A stretch of 64,000 nucleotides of DNA from a virus (Duplodnaviria; Caudoviricetes), in the IMG/VR virus record IMGVR_UViG_3300037313_001002, positions 1 to 64,000 of that record, one strand, 5' to 3'. The first letter of the stretch is position 1. The number at the start of each line of letters is the position of its first letter. This document shows, piece after piece, positions 38,180 through 49,188 of the stretch. The notes under the pieces are model-generated. The model made no database searches. It was not told where the DNA came from and worked only from the letters and a program-made list of their open reading frames with translations. Position numbers and translations under genes: made by a program.

Positions 38180-38932
38180 TTAATACTTAATCACCCGAAT
38201 TTTTAATTTATGCCTTTCAGCAATATCAATCATTGATTTAGTGCCGGGGCTTTTCCCATCCCAAAAAGCAACAAGCGCATCGGCGTTTTTAGCCATCTTT
38301 TCGTTCCTGTCAATACCCGCTTTAGCGTTATACGGTTTACCAAAGCTGTTATTTTTGATTATAGCCCCCGGTGCTAAAAGATTATCCCATTCGGCATCAT
38401 ACTGCTTCATCTTATACCCGCGTTCCTTAGCGAACGTTATAGCCAGCTTATCAGCACCTTCTGCGCCACCCTGAATGATAGTAATCGGCGTAGTGATATT
38501 TTTCAGTATTTCAATCATTTTATACTTCATTAGCTTATAGTGCTGAAAATCCCTGCCACCCGCAATAATTACTCTCATTTCTTTAAGATTAAGATACTGA
38601 AAAAAATCTATTTTACCTTTTTCAAACGGTTTTTTCTGACGTTCCAATAAAACTTTTATCTCTTTCTCAACTTCTTCCGGCTTGACCTTAAACCAATCGC
38701 CATTGAATTTAAACGGCTTAAACTTTTGGTGCAGGAACTTTTCAACGTCTAATTTATAATACGTGTAATACTTTTTGTACTCAACCGGGTTAGGCAGGTA
38801 ACCAATCTGCGTCTTAATCCTGCTATCATCCTCCCTGCCCGTAATACCTATCCGGCATATACCCTGAACCGTGTCATAAAGGCAATAAACATACCCATCG
38901 GTTCTATCCCTCGTGGCAGAACGTTTTTTCAC
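38180..38932 (-). CDS. T5orf172 (GIY-YIG-like) domain fused to a SLOG (YspA/DUF2493-like) domain
   Basis: GYVYCL..RIGIT...EKFLHQKF...GDWF, then MRVIIAGGRDF...IIQGGAEGAD...LVAFWDGKSPGTKSMI in one frame. Confidence 0.75.
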   Translation of the reverse strand: MKKRSATRDRTDGYVYCLYDTVQGICRIGITGREDDSRIKTQIGYLPNPVEYKKYYTYYKLDVEKFLHQKFKPFKFNGDWFKVKPEEVEKEIKVLLERQKKPFEKGKIDFFQYLNLKEMRVIIAGGRDFQHYKLMKYKMIEILKNITTPITIIQGGAEGADKLAITFAKERGYKMKQYDAEWDNLLAPGAIIKNNSFGKPYNAKAGIDRNEKMAKNADALVAFWDGKSPGTKSMIDIAERHKLKIRVIKY

Positions 38933-38968
38933 TTCCTGTTTACTTCGATTAAAATGTTTATTTAGTTT

Positions 38969-39487
38969 TTATACATTGGCTGTTTTAGCATCTATATTAA
39001 CTTGCGCTTCTTTAAATAAAGCTATTTTGTGGTAATCGTCGAATATCTTTACCTGCGTATCATAATGCTCCTGTGCACCCTTATAAAACAGGCGCGGGTT
39101 AACCATATATTCCGGGCCGCCTATATGAACTATAGTTTTTTTATTAGCAAATTCTCTGACAATACTCCGTATCGTATTAACGCTCAAATTCAGTTCTTTC
39201 GCCATCAACGCTTTAGTATGTGTACTAAAATAGAACATACCACTACGGTCATTATAGTCCTTTAAAATAAAAGCCAGTACCTTGCCCGGATTACCCAATC
39301 CTGATACAAACTCATAAACTTTTTCATCGTTCAAATACATAGTTGCAAATATTGTCTTAACCTTATCTGTTTTAAATTTAGCAGCACTGCTGATAACCTC
39401 CCCGGTCTGCTGGTCAACAATCTCCAATAAGCCAACAAACTTCTTTCTTTTCGCTGACCTTAATGGTAAATTGTTGTTTTTAGCCAC
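38969..39487 (-). CDS. RepL-like / wHTH replication-maintenance protein
   Basis: MAKELNLSVNTIRSIVREF HTH and YMVNPRLFYKG. Confidence 0.55.
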   Translation of the reverse strand: MAKNNNLPLRSAKRKKFVGLLEIVDQQTGEVISSAAKFKTDKVKTIFATMYLNDEKVYEFVSGLGNPGKVLAFILKDYNDRSGMFYFSTHTKALMAKELNLSVNTIRSIVREFANKKTIVHIGGPEYMVNPRLFYKGAQEHYDTQVKIFDDYHKIALFKEAQVNIDAKTANV

Positions 39488-39532
39488 ATCTTTATATCCA
39501 ATTTATTGTATTACAAGTGTACAAAATATTTA

Positions 39533-39621
39533 TTTACTATCCAAATATTTTTCCAAAAATGTTCATATAAGCACATTTACTATCCTAAATCCGCACATTA
39601 AATGTCGTTAAACGCACATTA
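39533..39621. repeat. short phased direct repeats (iteron-like)
   Basis: GCACATT at 39571, 39593, 39614; TTTACTATCC at 39533 and 39576. Confidence 0.5.
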
Positions 39622-40241
39622 ACATCTTCACAAGTAACTAATAATCAGTTATATCCACTAACTCTCCTTATTTTAATATATATCCTTTAAGTAATTAAAC
39701 AATAAATGTGTGCCCATTATAAAGTTTTTTATCCATCAAATTACTCCCCCATAACCCCCTGTTTAGTGCTTCATTGGTTAATGGTTTACAGGTAGTTGTT
39801 CAAACAGTAATATTGGTAAACATTGGGAGTGTTATAAATGGTTAAACCAGTGTGAGGTGTGAGTGATTATTTTTTCAAATTATTTAAATTGGTAAGTGTT
39901 GGGAGTGAATACCCATAAACACCCCCGTACCTTCCTGTTTTTAAAACCAAAAAACGGGTGACCGGGTACCTCACTTTCCAAAGGAACTACTAAGCTATGC
40001 GCGTGAGCGCACTAATATTATGGTCTTATAAACTAATTTCGCTATAGCTAATGATAATTGAACCGATCTTAGTTGACTTTAATAACAGATTGTAAAATCA
40101 TTTATTAAAAGTGCTATTTTTGAATGAGTTCTTTAAAAAGCGATAGGGTAGGGGAGGGGCTTTATAGTTAAAGATATTTCCTGCTTAACATAATGTTGAT
40201 TATGTTGACTTTTTTTAGCATTTGATTTAAAGGCTTTAAAT

Positions 40242-40616
40242 GTGTTATTTTGTTTTATGGATGGTAATATTAGCCAGTTTAAAAACGTTGATTTAAAAGG
40301 CTTAAAAGCGGGTAAAATAGGGCTAAACACCCTACAAACACCTTTAGCCTACGAAACCCACACGAAGCACTTAGATTATTTCAGGAAACATTATAACATC
40401 ACCTTTAATTCCTTTGACACTTTACAAAGGATATATTTAGCTAATAAGCCTGTTAGTTTAGATTATATTTACAAGCACCAGACAAGTACCTATTATTCAG
40501 TAATTGAACGGGTAAACACGTTAATAAACAGGGGATTGATAGAAAAGCTGAATAAACGTTACACAGTCAGCCAATTATTTCTTGATGAAATAGAGAAATT
40601 ACAACGGGAGCTTTAA
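40242..40616 (+). CDS. winged-helix (MarR-like) protein
   Basis: TLQRIYL...YYSVIERVNTLINRGLIEK; start probably MDGN. Confidence 0.5.
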   Translation: MLFCFMDGNISQFKNVDLKGLKAGKIGLNTLQTPLAYETHTKHLDYFRKHYNITFNSFDTLQRIYLANKPVSLDYIYKHQTSTYYSVIERVNTLINRGLIEKLNKRYTVSQLFLDEIEKLQREL

Positions 40617-40955
40617 TACAGACCTTGTAAGCTATTTACTGTTTATTATAGTAGTTGGTATAGGGTATATAAAAGATAATAGATTGTAGGTCTTTTATTT
40701 GGGTTGATCTTTCAAGCAGCGTGTTACCTGGTAACGAGTTTGGGGAAATTGTGTTATATAGATTGTAGAAAATATACCACATATAGGGAATATAATCCAC
40801 ACTGATTAATTACACACTTTTATAAAAACGCCTTTATTTATATATACAAGCTATATTTCATATTTGGCATAGAGTTTGTATATGATATATTGTTGCCGCG
40901 ATGGCACGTAACCATCTGAATACTAACATATTTAGTAATTTAAAACTTAGCAAAA

Positions 40956-43669
40956 ATGAAAAATTTAATCTCAAACAACACAGCGAACAATGCAATAGAA
41001 GCTAAAATTATAGTCGATGGCTTCTTGTCCTCTTTAACAGATAAACAATGTGCTGATTTAGCTTTTAGGTCTATCGAAAACGATGCAATGCACACAATGC
41101 CATTTAGAATATCATACGCAATAGGTTCAAGTTCTTTTTATTATGGTTCTGAATGCAAACGCTTTTGTACCGATGTAATATCAAACACCCTTTTTAACAG
41201 GGGCTTTAAATACATCAGGGAAACCAAAACCTATAAGATTTTAAACCAAAGCAACGGCCAATTTACTTTAGCTAAAACAATAGCCGAAATATCCAGAATG
41301 TTGGATGCTCCGGTTGGCTTGGTTAAGTTGCATATCGATAAACCAGTTCAGTTAAACGGATACCAGATAACGACACTCTAAGTTCTGCTAAGTCTTAGCG
41401 GTCTGCCAGCCGGGGTTGAAACAGCCTCCGGCTTAAGGCAGTAAAAGACAATAACATTATGACAAAGACAAAAGGCATACGCAATATTGAACTATCGGAC
41501 GAGGTAGTATTAGCACTGTTAAAACAGGGACTTGACAAAGGTTTTAAAAACTTCAAGCCATATGCTGAATACATCTTAACCGAGCAAAGCAAAAGAAACT
41601 TAATCAAGTAATATATCGTTTAAACAATTAAAAACAGTCATCAAATAATGAAAACTCAAATTAAAACTACAAAGAACTTCGATAAATTGATTGAGGCTCT
41701 GAAATCAGGTAAGCTGGAAAGCAATAACCAATTAACCTATATGATGTCATGCCTGAACAATAAGCCGGAACTAAAAGAACTTATAGACGAAGTATTGGAT
41801 TGCCGGGAAATTGAACTGGATGCCGAACAAATTGCTAAGGGCTATCAGTGGTTAGTTAACCAGTGGAAAACTCCACGCGGTGTTGAGCGCAAAAACAATC
41901 CATTTGGCTATCGCGAACAGGATGCGCTTGAAAACTTCCAAACTATCTACTTTAAGGGCTATTATGATGCCGGAAACTGGAACTTTCATTACTACCTGCC
42001 TTTGTACTATGTGCAGGGCAAAGAAAGAGGCTTTGAGTATTATGTTTCAGGCGGACAAATACACATCGTCGGATAATCTTCACAGGCTTTTACGGTGACT
42101 TGTTTTTGCCGTGAAGTCTTAGGCTGCTGACTGTATTAATTTACGGAGCAGCCTTTCGAGGTGCAAGACAATGACGTTTTGCTTTAAAAACATAGTCACC
42201 ATGAACACACTTGAAAATCCGGTATCAGCTATCATAGCTATTTACCTCTTGGCCTTAGCCGTCCTTGTATATGGAACGGACTGGAAACATGAATTAACTG
42301 ATCTGTTTAATATCTTTAAAAAATCTGTGAGATGAAACAAAACGATATAGATAACATAGCTTATTTAATTGCTGGCTTATTTTACGGGTTCTTAATTTGC
42401 CTAATGGTTATAGCCATATGTTTAAAGCCATAGAATCAACTAACACCCTTAACTGATAACCAACATTAACCAAAACAATTAACGCGCTCTACGGGCTTAA
42501 AAATAGCCTTAAATCGAAAACCAATGAGAAAGCTATTATTATCTATCATAATCCTGTCCGCTATTTGCGCGGGTTGGTTCGCCTCTGACTATTACCGCTC
42601 TTTGGGCAAGGTCACTATTACCGGGGTTTATCCCGATGGTACAGGCTTTACATCTGTCACCTTTATTCAGGATGGCCGGGAATATGGTTATGACTACTTA
42701 ACCGAAAAAGAGTATTTACAGTTTATTAATCAAAATCATTAACAGTCATGGAAACATTAAAAGATTATCTATTAACGCAAGATATGGGCGAAAAATGCGC
42801 CAATAAAATATGCGATGCTGTTTTAAACGATACGTTTGACGCGAACAGCGACCCGATAAGCGCAATAATTATAAATGCGTTTAAAAACAACCTTTACACC
42901 AAATACCCTTTGTTTGAAAGTGATTTTGACGCTTTTGAAATGGATTTAGATTATGCAATCAACCAACTGAAAAAAGTAAAGCAGTTTGTGAATGAAGTCG
43001 CCAATAAATACCAGTAAATTAATTATGTCAAAGAACCCTTAAAACTACTAAAAAACCTTGATAATAACAAACATTTTAAGTAAATTGTAAGATGAAAAAC
43101 TTAACCAGATTAACTCAAAACAAGGCACTTAACGAAACACTTTTCGCTATTGCCGATAATGCCGCCCTGCGTTCTGCGGGTGTACCCCGTGAACAGGCTG
43201 AACGGATAACCCTTTCCGGGAACTTCCATGAATTAAAACGGTCACGATCTCTCTGCTGTTTCGCCCCTATTGAGGATGGCTATTGTTCATACTGCGGGAT
43301 AGAAACCGATAACCTTTTGTAACTATGATTAAGCACGATATAGTTATCATATTGTCAACTATTGCAATTATGTTGCTTATTCATTTTCTTGCAAAAGCAA
43401 CTGCTAAATGGACTATTATTATCTTATCAATTTACATTGTACTTGTTTTTCAATTTTTATTGATGCTTATTTTAATTTAAATCATGAAAAAACCGGACTA
43501 TATGACACTACTAGCTAAAAAGCTAAGGTCAAAGCAGCGTAAACGTAAACCCATTTTAGGCTGGCAGGCCATAGACCCTGAAACAAGGCGGGTACTGGAA
43601 GAAAACAACAGTATTTGGATTTTACGGGCTAAGTACGGCTCCAATGCCCTTTATAGTTCTATAAGATAA
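40956..43669 (+). CDS. early-region small genes (40956-41381, RHH-like 41459-41602, 41648-42076, TM-anchored 42524-42742, 42748-43017, 43092-43322, 43484-43669)
   Basis: Co-oriented ORFs separated by hairpin-containing spacers; 41459-41602 translated by hand (MTKTKGIRNIELSDEVVLAL...). Confidence 0.5.
43023..43036. repeat. TTATGTCAAAGAAC repeat (also 44377-44390; 12-bp core inverted at 36406-36417)
   Basis: Exact intergenic copies; the reverse complement resembles boxA (GTTCTTTGACA). Confidence 0.6.
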
Positions 43670-43712
43670 GAATTAACAATTAACACTATAAACGATTAAA
43701 ACTTAAAAAAAA

Positions 43713-44354
43713 ATGGCAATTAAAGCAACCGAAATTCAGCAACGAGAATTAATTCCGCCGGGCAACTATGTAGCGATCTGTTACAAGATGCTCCAAATCG
43801 GCACAATTGATAACACTTATATGGGTGTTACCTCAAAAAAACCCGTTATACGTATCGGGTGGGAACTGTGCGATGAACTGAAGGTATTCAAAGAGGGCGA
43901 TATTCCAAAACCTTGGGTGATTGAAAAGGAATATAATTTATTCATGACCGACAAATCAAACCTGCGTAAAGACCTGCAATCTTGGCGCGGTGCCGCTTGG
44001 ACGGACAAAGAGGCGACCGACTTTGATATAACCAAACTTGTTGGTGCGCCCTGCCTTTTAAACATTATCCACAAAACAAATGAGGCCGGGACGAAAACGT
44101 ATGAGAATATAGCGGGTATTACACCGCTCCCAAAGAGCACACCAAAGCCCAAACAGTTTAACACCTCTCAAATCCTTTCTTATGACGATTGGGACGAAAA
44201 AGTATTTCAAATGCAGCCTGATTTCATCAGGCAAAAGATTGAAAGCAGTTTGGAATATCAGACAATGAAAAACCCGCATGATGTTGTCCAATATGTGGAT
44301 GCTCATGGGATGGCTCCAAACTTACAGGACGACGATGATGGGCTACCTTTCTGA
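43713..44354 (+). CDS. phage single-stranded DNA-binding protein (OB-fold-like)
   Basis: LIPPGNYVAIC...KSNLRKDLQSWRG...LVGAPCLLNI; acidic DDDDGLPF tail. Confidence 0.7.
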   Translation: MAIKATEIQQRELIPPGNYVAICYKMLQIGTIDNTYMGVTSKKPVIRIGWELCDELKVFKEGDIPKPWVIEKEYNLFMTDKSNLRKDLQSWRGAAWTDKEATDFDITKLVGAPCLLNIIHKTNEAGTKTYENIAGITPLPKSTPKPKQFNTSQILSYDDWDEKVFQMQPDFIRQKIESSLEYQTMKNPHDVVQYVDAHGMAPNLQDDDDGLPF

Positions 44355-44452
44355 TAACTTATTGATTATCATATAGTTATGTCAAAGAACAACAGTCCCG
44401 GTAATTCAGCCGGGACACTTTAAATATACGAAAAAACCTTTTAAAAAGCAAT

Positions 44453-45714
44453 ATGATGGTAGAATCATTTTTTAATAAAGAACTTTCAGACGTAGCGTTT
44501 GAAGTTGAAGCATTGGACGAATGGAAGTCACTGGCAACAGAATTGGGATTTGAGGCACAATTAAGCCTCGCTAAGGGCAAGGAAAGTCCTATCCCGTATC
44601 CTTTTATCAACGAGGTTATGAATCGCGTGTACAGCACGCTATGCCCCCGTATGGTTGATTTCAAAAAATACAACAAATCAACTATCCCTTTGGAGATAAT
44701 GAAACAGATTGCCTATTCAGTCCGCGAAAAGCATTTCCAAAAGATTGAGATTTGGTACGATGATAAAACACCCGACCCTATTGTAGTTGGCGAACACGGT
44801 GTGTACGCTATCCGCGAAAAGGGGACATGGAGCGATGGCAAAGCTGACTTTGAAACCAAAGAATTAGCCGAGGAAGCAATGGCACGAATGGAAAATTCGG
44901 ATAAGTTAGAAGTCCATTACCGTAAAATAGCTGATTACCTTATTGGCCGTTGGGGTGACGAGCTGCTTGACTTTCCCTCTTTGAAAAAACGCGCCATTGA
45001 GGTTTTTGTTGAGAACGAGGCCGGGGAACTCAAAAAAGAAATAGCTACCAAAACTGAAAAGCTGAAACTCATTAATGAGAACGCGGCCAGTTACATGAAC
45101 GGCAACATGCAAAAATACGAAGTTTTAGGACGTAGTTGGTAACAATTTAAAAAACAAAACCAATGCAATCAAGTAAGGAAATGTTCTTAGATGAACAACA
45201 AAAGCAAGCGGCTGCACCCAATGAGTTGAGCGTGACCCCGTCCGTCAAACTGGCAAACGTACTGCCAACCATCCGGGATATAGACGCGACGACCATAGAC
45301 ACGTTAGCACGTGCCTTAGTGAACGAAGTAGCTGAAGGTAACCGTTCAGGCGTTGATCTGTTTACACAAGCCGTAAAGCTATCCCTGTTCGCTGATACGG
45401 TAAGGGAAAACGTTAAAGGTTATGTTTATGGCAAAACCCTTTGTGAGAAAGGTGCTACATTTACTTTTAACGGCGTGGAACTGTCCCCGGCTGAACTGGG
45501 GGTGTCTTATGATTATTCGTCCTGTGGTTCAAGTAAATGGAAAGAGCTGAAAGCTATAGCCGATGCCGCCAAAAAGGATTTGGAAGACTACCAAAAGTAC
45601 TTGAAAAGCATCAAAGGCAAGGTTATAACCGTTAACGAAGAAACGGGCGAAGTGGAAACTATTTTTGAACCTGTTAAGTCAGGGCAAAGCGGGTACAAGA
45701 CCCGTACTTTATAA
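44453..45714 (+). CDS. two hypothetical proteins (44453-45142, 45163-45714)
   Basis: Long ORFs next to SSB; families not named with certainty. Confidence 0.55.
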
Positions 45715-45795
45715 AGAAAAAAGGTGCGATTTTAAACTTTTAAAAATGAGGTTTATAGGTTTTAATGTCCGGTTTGTGCGCCACCGGACAAATTT

Positions 45796-45985
45796 GATAG
45801 GATGGCGGAATTTTTGGTAGACGCTAAATTTGTAAGAATATCTGATTGAAGTATTAGAGAAAATCAAAAAGCATTACATAAGGTAACTAAGGTTTTTTCA
45901 GTGGAGAACAATTTTGAACCATGTTACGCTTCGAGATACGATCACAAGGATGATATTCATGCAGGTTCGAATCCTGCTCCTATCA
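45796..45985 (+). ncRNA. tRNA-like RNA with a large central insertion (190 nt)
   Basis: Acceptor GATAGGA/TCCTATC+A, Leu-type D-arm GGCGGAAT..TGGTAGACGC, perfect T-arm GCAGG-TTCGAAT-CCTGC; no normal anticodon arm. Confidence 0.7.
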
Positions 45986-46002
45986 CTTAATTTGAGTTAA
46001 TT

Positions 46003-46542
46003 ATGACCGTAGAGGAATTTAAAAAAGATTATCCTGAATTGTCTCATTTAAAAGGTGAGGAACTTTTGGATGCTATGACAATGAAAATGCTTAGACAACA
46101 ATCAGGTGAGGAAATAATTAAAAACACATATCCATTTTTAAAACGCTATCAACTTAGATGGCTTTTTTATAGGAGACCATACAATAGTCCGTTTATAGCT
46201 GAATGGCAATCAGACGAGGTGTGTAAAATATGCGGTCGGGGAGCAAACACCATGATGGCATTTGCTGGTAAAATGTTTTGTTTAGGATGCCATAATGAAT
46301 TAAATAAAGTTCCAAATAAGCGTTTTAAATATCGTGCATGGGTATGGTGGAAACAGATAGATAAAAAGATTGAACTTATATTGGATTATCTACATATTCT
46401 ACGGAAACGAAATGAATCCAGATACGGAGTTTTTGGTGATGAATCACACTATTGCTACCAAACATTTAATCGCGATTTTAGCAATATGAAAAACGTTCAT
46501 AAGCCTCGTAAATGGTTTGAATATATTTTTATTAAAAAATAA
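46003..46542 (+). CDS. hypothetical protein with CxxC pairs
   Basis: CKIC...CLGC. Confidence 0.5.
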   Translation: MTVEEFKKDYPELSHLKGEELLDAMTMKMLRQQSGEEIIKNTYPFLKRYQLRWLFYRRPYNSPFIAEWQSDEVCKICGRGANTMMAFAGKMFCLGCHNELNKVPNKRFKYRAWVWWKQIDKKIELILDYLHILRKRNESRYGVFGDESHYCYQTFNRDFSNMKNVHKPRKWFEYIFIKK

Positions 46543-46549
46543 AATTACA

Positions 46550-47101
46550 ATGCCAAAAACTAATCCAACACTAAGCCAGTTTGCTAAATTGGGCTACGTA
46601 GAAACTGAAAAAGGTTTGGTTAAAGCTGAATCATTGGTTGAAAAAAAACCGGAGAAGCGCGACAACTTAATTAAAGAGTTGGGAAAATTAGTGCCTGAAA
46701 GTTTTGTTAAACTTGCTGAAAAACTTGAAAACAAAAAAGTCAAGAATGCCACTAAAACCGTTGTTGACGGTGTAAAGTTTGACAGTCAGCTTGAGGCTTA
46801 CATGTACAGCCTTTTAAAAGGGGCTAAGATTGAGTTTGAGTTTCAAAAGGTATATGTACTCCAAGAAAAATTTCGTTACGGTAAAGAGGCTGTAAGAGCC
46901 GTTACCTTGACCGTTGACTTTTGGTTGCCATTTCAAAATATGATAATAGACACTAAGGGTTTTGCAAATGATGTTTCACCTTTAAAAATGAAATGGCTTA
47001 AACGTTGGCTTTTGGATTACTATGAGTATGTTAATATCGAACTTCCAAAGAACAAAAAGGAATGTGATGTTTTATTAAACCGCATCCTGTACGATATGTA
47101 A
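46550..47101 (+). CDS. DUF1064-like PD-(D/E)XK nuclease (resolvase-like)
   Basis: KTVVDGVKFDSQLEA, VDFWL..IIDTKG. Confidence 0.75.
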   Translation: MPKTNPTLSQFAKLGYVETEKGLVKAESLVEKKPEKRDNLIKELGKLVPESFVKLAEKLENKKVKNATKTVVDGVKFDSQLEAYMYSLLKGAKIEFEFQKVYVLQEKFRYGKEAVRAVTLTVDFWLPFQNMIIDTKGFANDVSPLKMKWLKRWLLDYYEYVNIELPKNKKECDVLLNRILYDM

Positions 47102-47467
47102 TATAACCAAAAATGTTGGATTTACCAAACCATATTGAACAAAAAAGCGAAAAATGGTTTTTTAACACAAAAACAGGTAAATTCATTCATGCAGACCATA
47201 TCAATGAGTTTTTAGAAAGGTATTGGAAAAACAGGCGACCCGCTAAAAAAGCAGCGATAAGCTATAAGAAAAATGTTAAACTGGCTAAACGCCGTTGGGA
47301 AAATGAAATTTAATTTGACAATATCATTTACTTGGTTTAACTTTGCTTTGTTAAAAGAAGTCAGGCGAGGCGACTTTTGCAAATTAGCATCCATACGACC
47401 CATAAATATCACCCGTATCGAGTTAAGGCCAGCCTCGCAAATCTGCCTTCTTGATGCGGGTTTCTTT

Positions 47468-48262
47468 ATGGAGTATATTTCAACACAGTATCAACACAAA
47501 GTTTATTTGCCCCTGCACCTCATTAGAGAGGCTGTGGATAACGATTGGCTTGATAGCCTGTGTTACTATGTATGGCTGAAAAATAAGCACTCTAAGCCCA
47601 TTATCTACAATCCGTCATTGCGTAAAATTGGAGCCCTGTTAAAATGTAGCCCAACGACTATTAAAACGCACATTTCGGTCTTAAAACAACATAATTTATG
47701 CCATTACGAGCCCGGCGTTTTGATACTAAAATCAACACGGGAATTTAAAGCTGAAAATCGTAGCCAGTTGGTTCCGGTAGGTATCAGCCCAAACAAATCA
47801 GAGCAACGCGACCTGTTAAGGTTCACGCTCATAAAAAGAAATCTACATACTCAATTTAAATCATTTATCACAAAGAACAACGTCTTACAATTTCTCCGGG
47901 GCAAGCGGTTTCCCTACAAGGTGGAAAAGTCACTTTACAGGAAAAACCAAAAGCTCAACCTAAACGCTGAAAGTTCTTTGAATAATGAAATGACGTTGGG
48001 TAATAAAAAGATAGGTTCAATTTGTAATCGAAGTCAATCAACAGGTATAAGGATTCAAAAGTCCTTTAACAACCTCGAACTCATCACATCATACAAAAGA
48101 GTGCATGAAGTCGCCAAATACCATAACAGAAGGTCATTTTTCGAGCAATTTCCGGGGCAATCCTACTTTTTGAGTGAGGTTGGTACGGTCTTTAAGAGAT
48201 TATCCAATGGTATTCTACTTAGACAGGATGGCATGGAGAAATTGTATTATTCCAAAAACTGA
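47468..48262 (+). CDS. basic winged-helix DNA-binding protein
   Basis: SLRKIGALLKCSPTTIKTHISVLK and a second HTH-like segment; start moved to ATG 47468. Confidence 0.55.
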   Translation: MEYISTQYQHKVYLPLHLIREAVDNDWLDSLCYYVWLKNKHSKPIIYNPSLRKIGALLKCSPTTIKTHISVLKQHNLCHYEPGVLILKSTREFKAENRSQLVPVGISPNKSEQRDLLRFTLIKRNLHTQFKSFITKNNVLQFLRGKRFPYKVEKSLYRKNQKLNLNAESSLNNEMTLGNKKIGSICNRSQSTGIRIQKSFNNLELITSYKRVHEVAKYHNRRSFFEQFPGQSYFLSEVGTVFKRLSNGILLRQDGMEKLYYSKN

Positions 48263-48267
48263 ACAGC

Positions 48268-49002
48268 ATGGATTTACACGAATACAACGAAAAGAAACAG
48301 TGCATCGAGTGGATGATAAGACACTACGAAAACAACTGTATGAAATATTTGGACTACGAATCAGTAAAGCACATGAAGCTGGACGACTTAGAAACCCTGT
48401 ACAACTACGATGAAGCAATGGTAGACATGTACTGGTGTGAACTTCATTTATTGGAAGCTAAAAGATTGATTTATGGCACGAAAGCACATTAAAGCCTTTC
48501 AGAACGAACATTACAAAAAGATGGACGACAACATCCTATTAGCAGCGTTCAGGGCTTATATGGTCTATAAAGAGGGTTTACAGCTAAGAGAAAGGTCGGG
48601 CTGTCACAAAAGATTGAAATTGATATGAAAAAGGAAGAAGCCATACAAATGGCCAATAGGATTTTGGCCGGAGAGAAACCGATTACAAAAATGGTTAAGG
48701 TTGATAAGTATACGTTTCCTGCCTTATTTAAGGATGGTAAAATGTTTACCCTCGACGGAAAGACACCTGTAAATTACCCAATATATCACAAATATGATAA
48801 AGGTGATGGTTCTGAATTATCACAACAAGAAAAAGACTATAATTTTAGATTGACTGAAGTCACCGAACAACACAACTCGGAGATTGAATCATTAAAAGAG
48901 ACGATAAAAAAACTGGACATTAAATATCAGGCGTGTTCAAATATATTAGAAAGATTACGAAAAAGTCTTTGGAGTTATATAGCTTTTAGATTAAAAATAT
49001 AA
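48268..49002 (+). CDS. two hypothetical proteins (48268-48492, 48625-49002)
   Basis: ORF track, co-oriented. Confidence 0.45.
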
Positions 49003-49188
49003 AAAAGTTAACATGTGGCAACCTAAAATAATAATTGCTTCAACAAATGAAGATAGTTTATTATACCTAAGATTAGGCAAAAAACTTGTTAGAAAGAAAG
49101 GTTTTTCATGCCATGAAGATGTATTTAATTATATCGACAAGCATAAACTATATGACAAAAAAACTTCTATTAAACTTTATAAGTCGTT

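Noticed and set aside
39488-40955. CRISPR array or DGR in the long non-coding region
   Set aside because: Only short 7-10 bp repeats; no repeat-spacer periodicity; no cas or reverse transcriptase gene in the window
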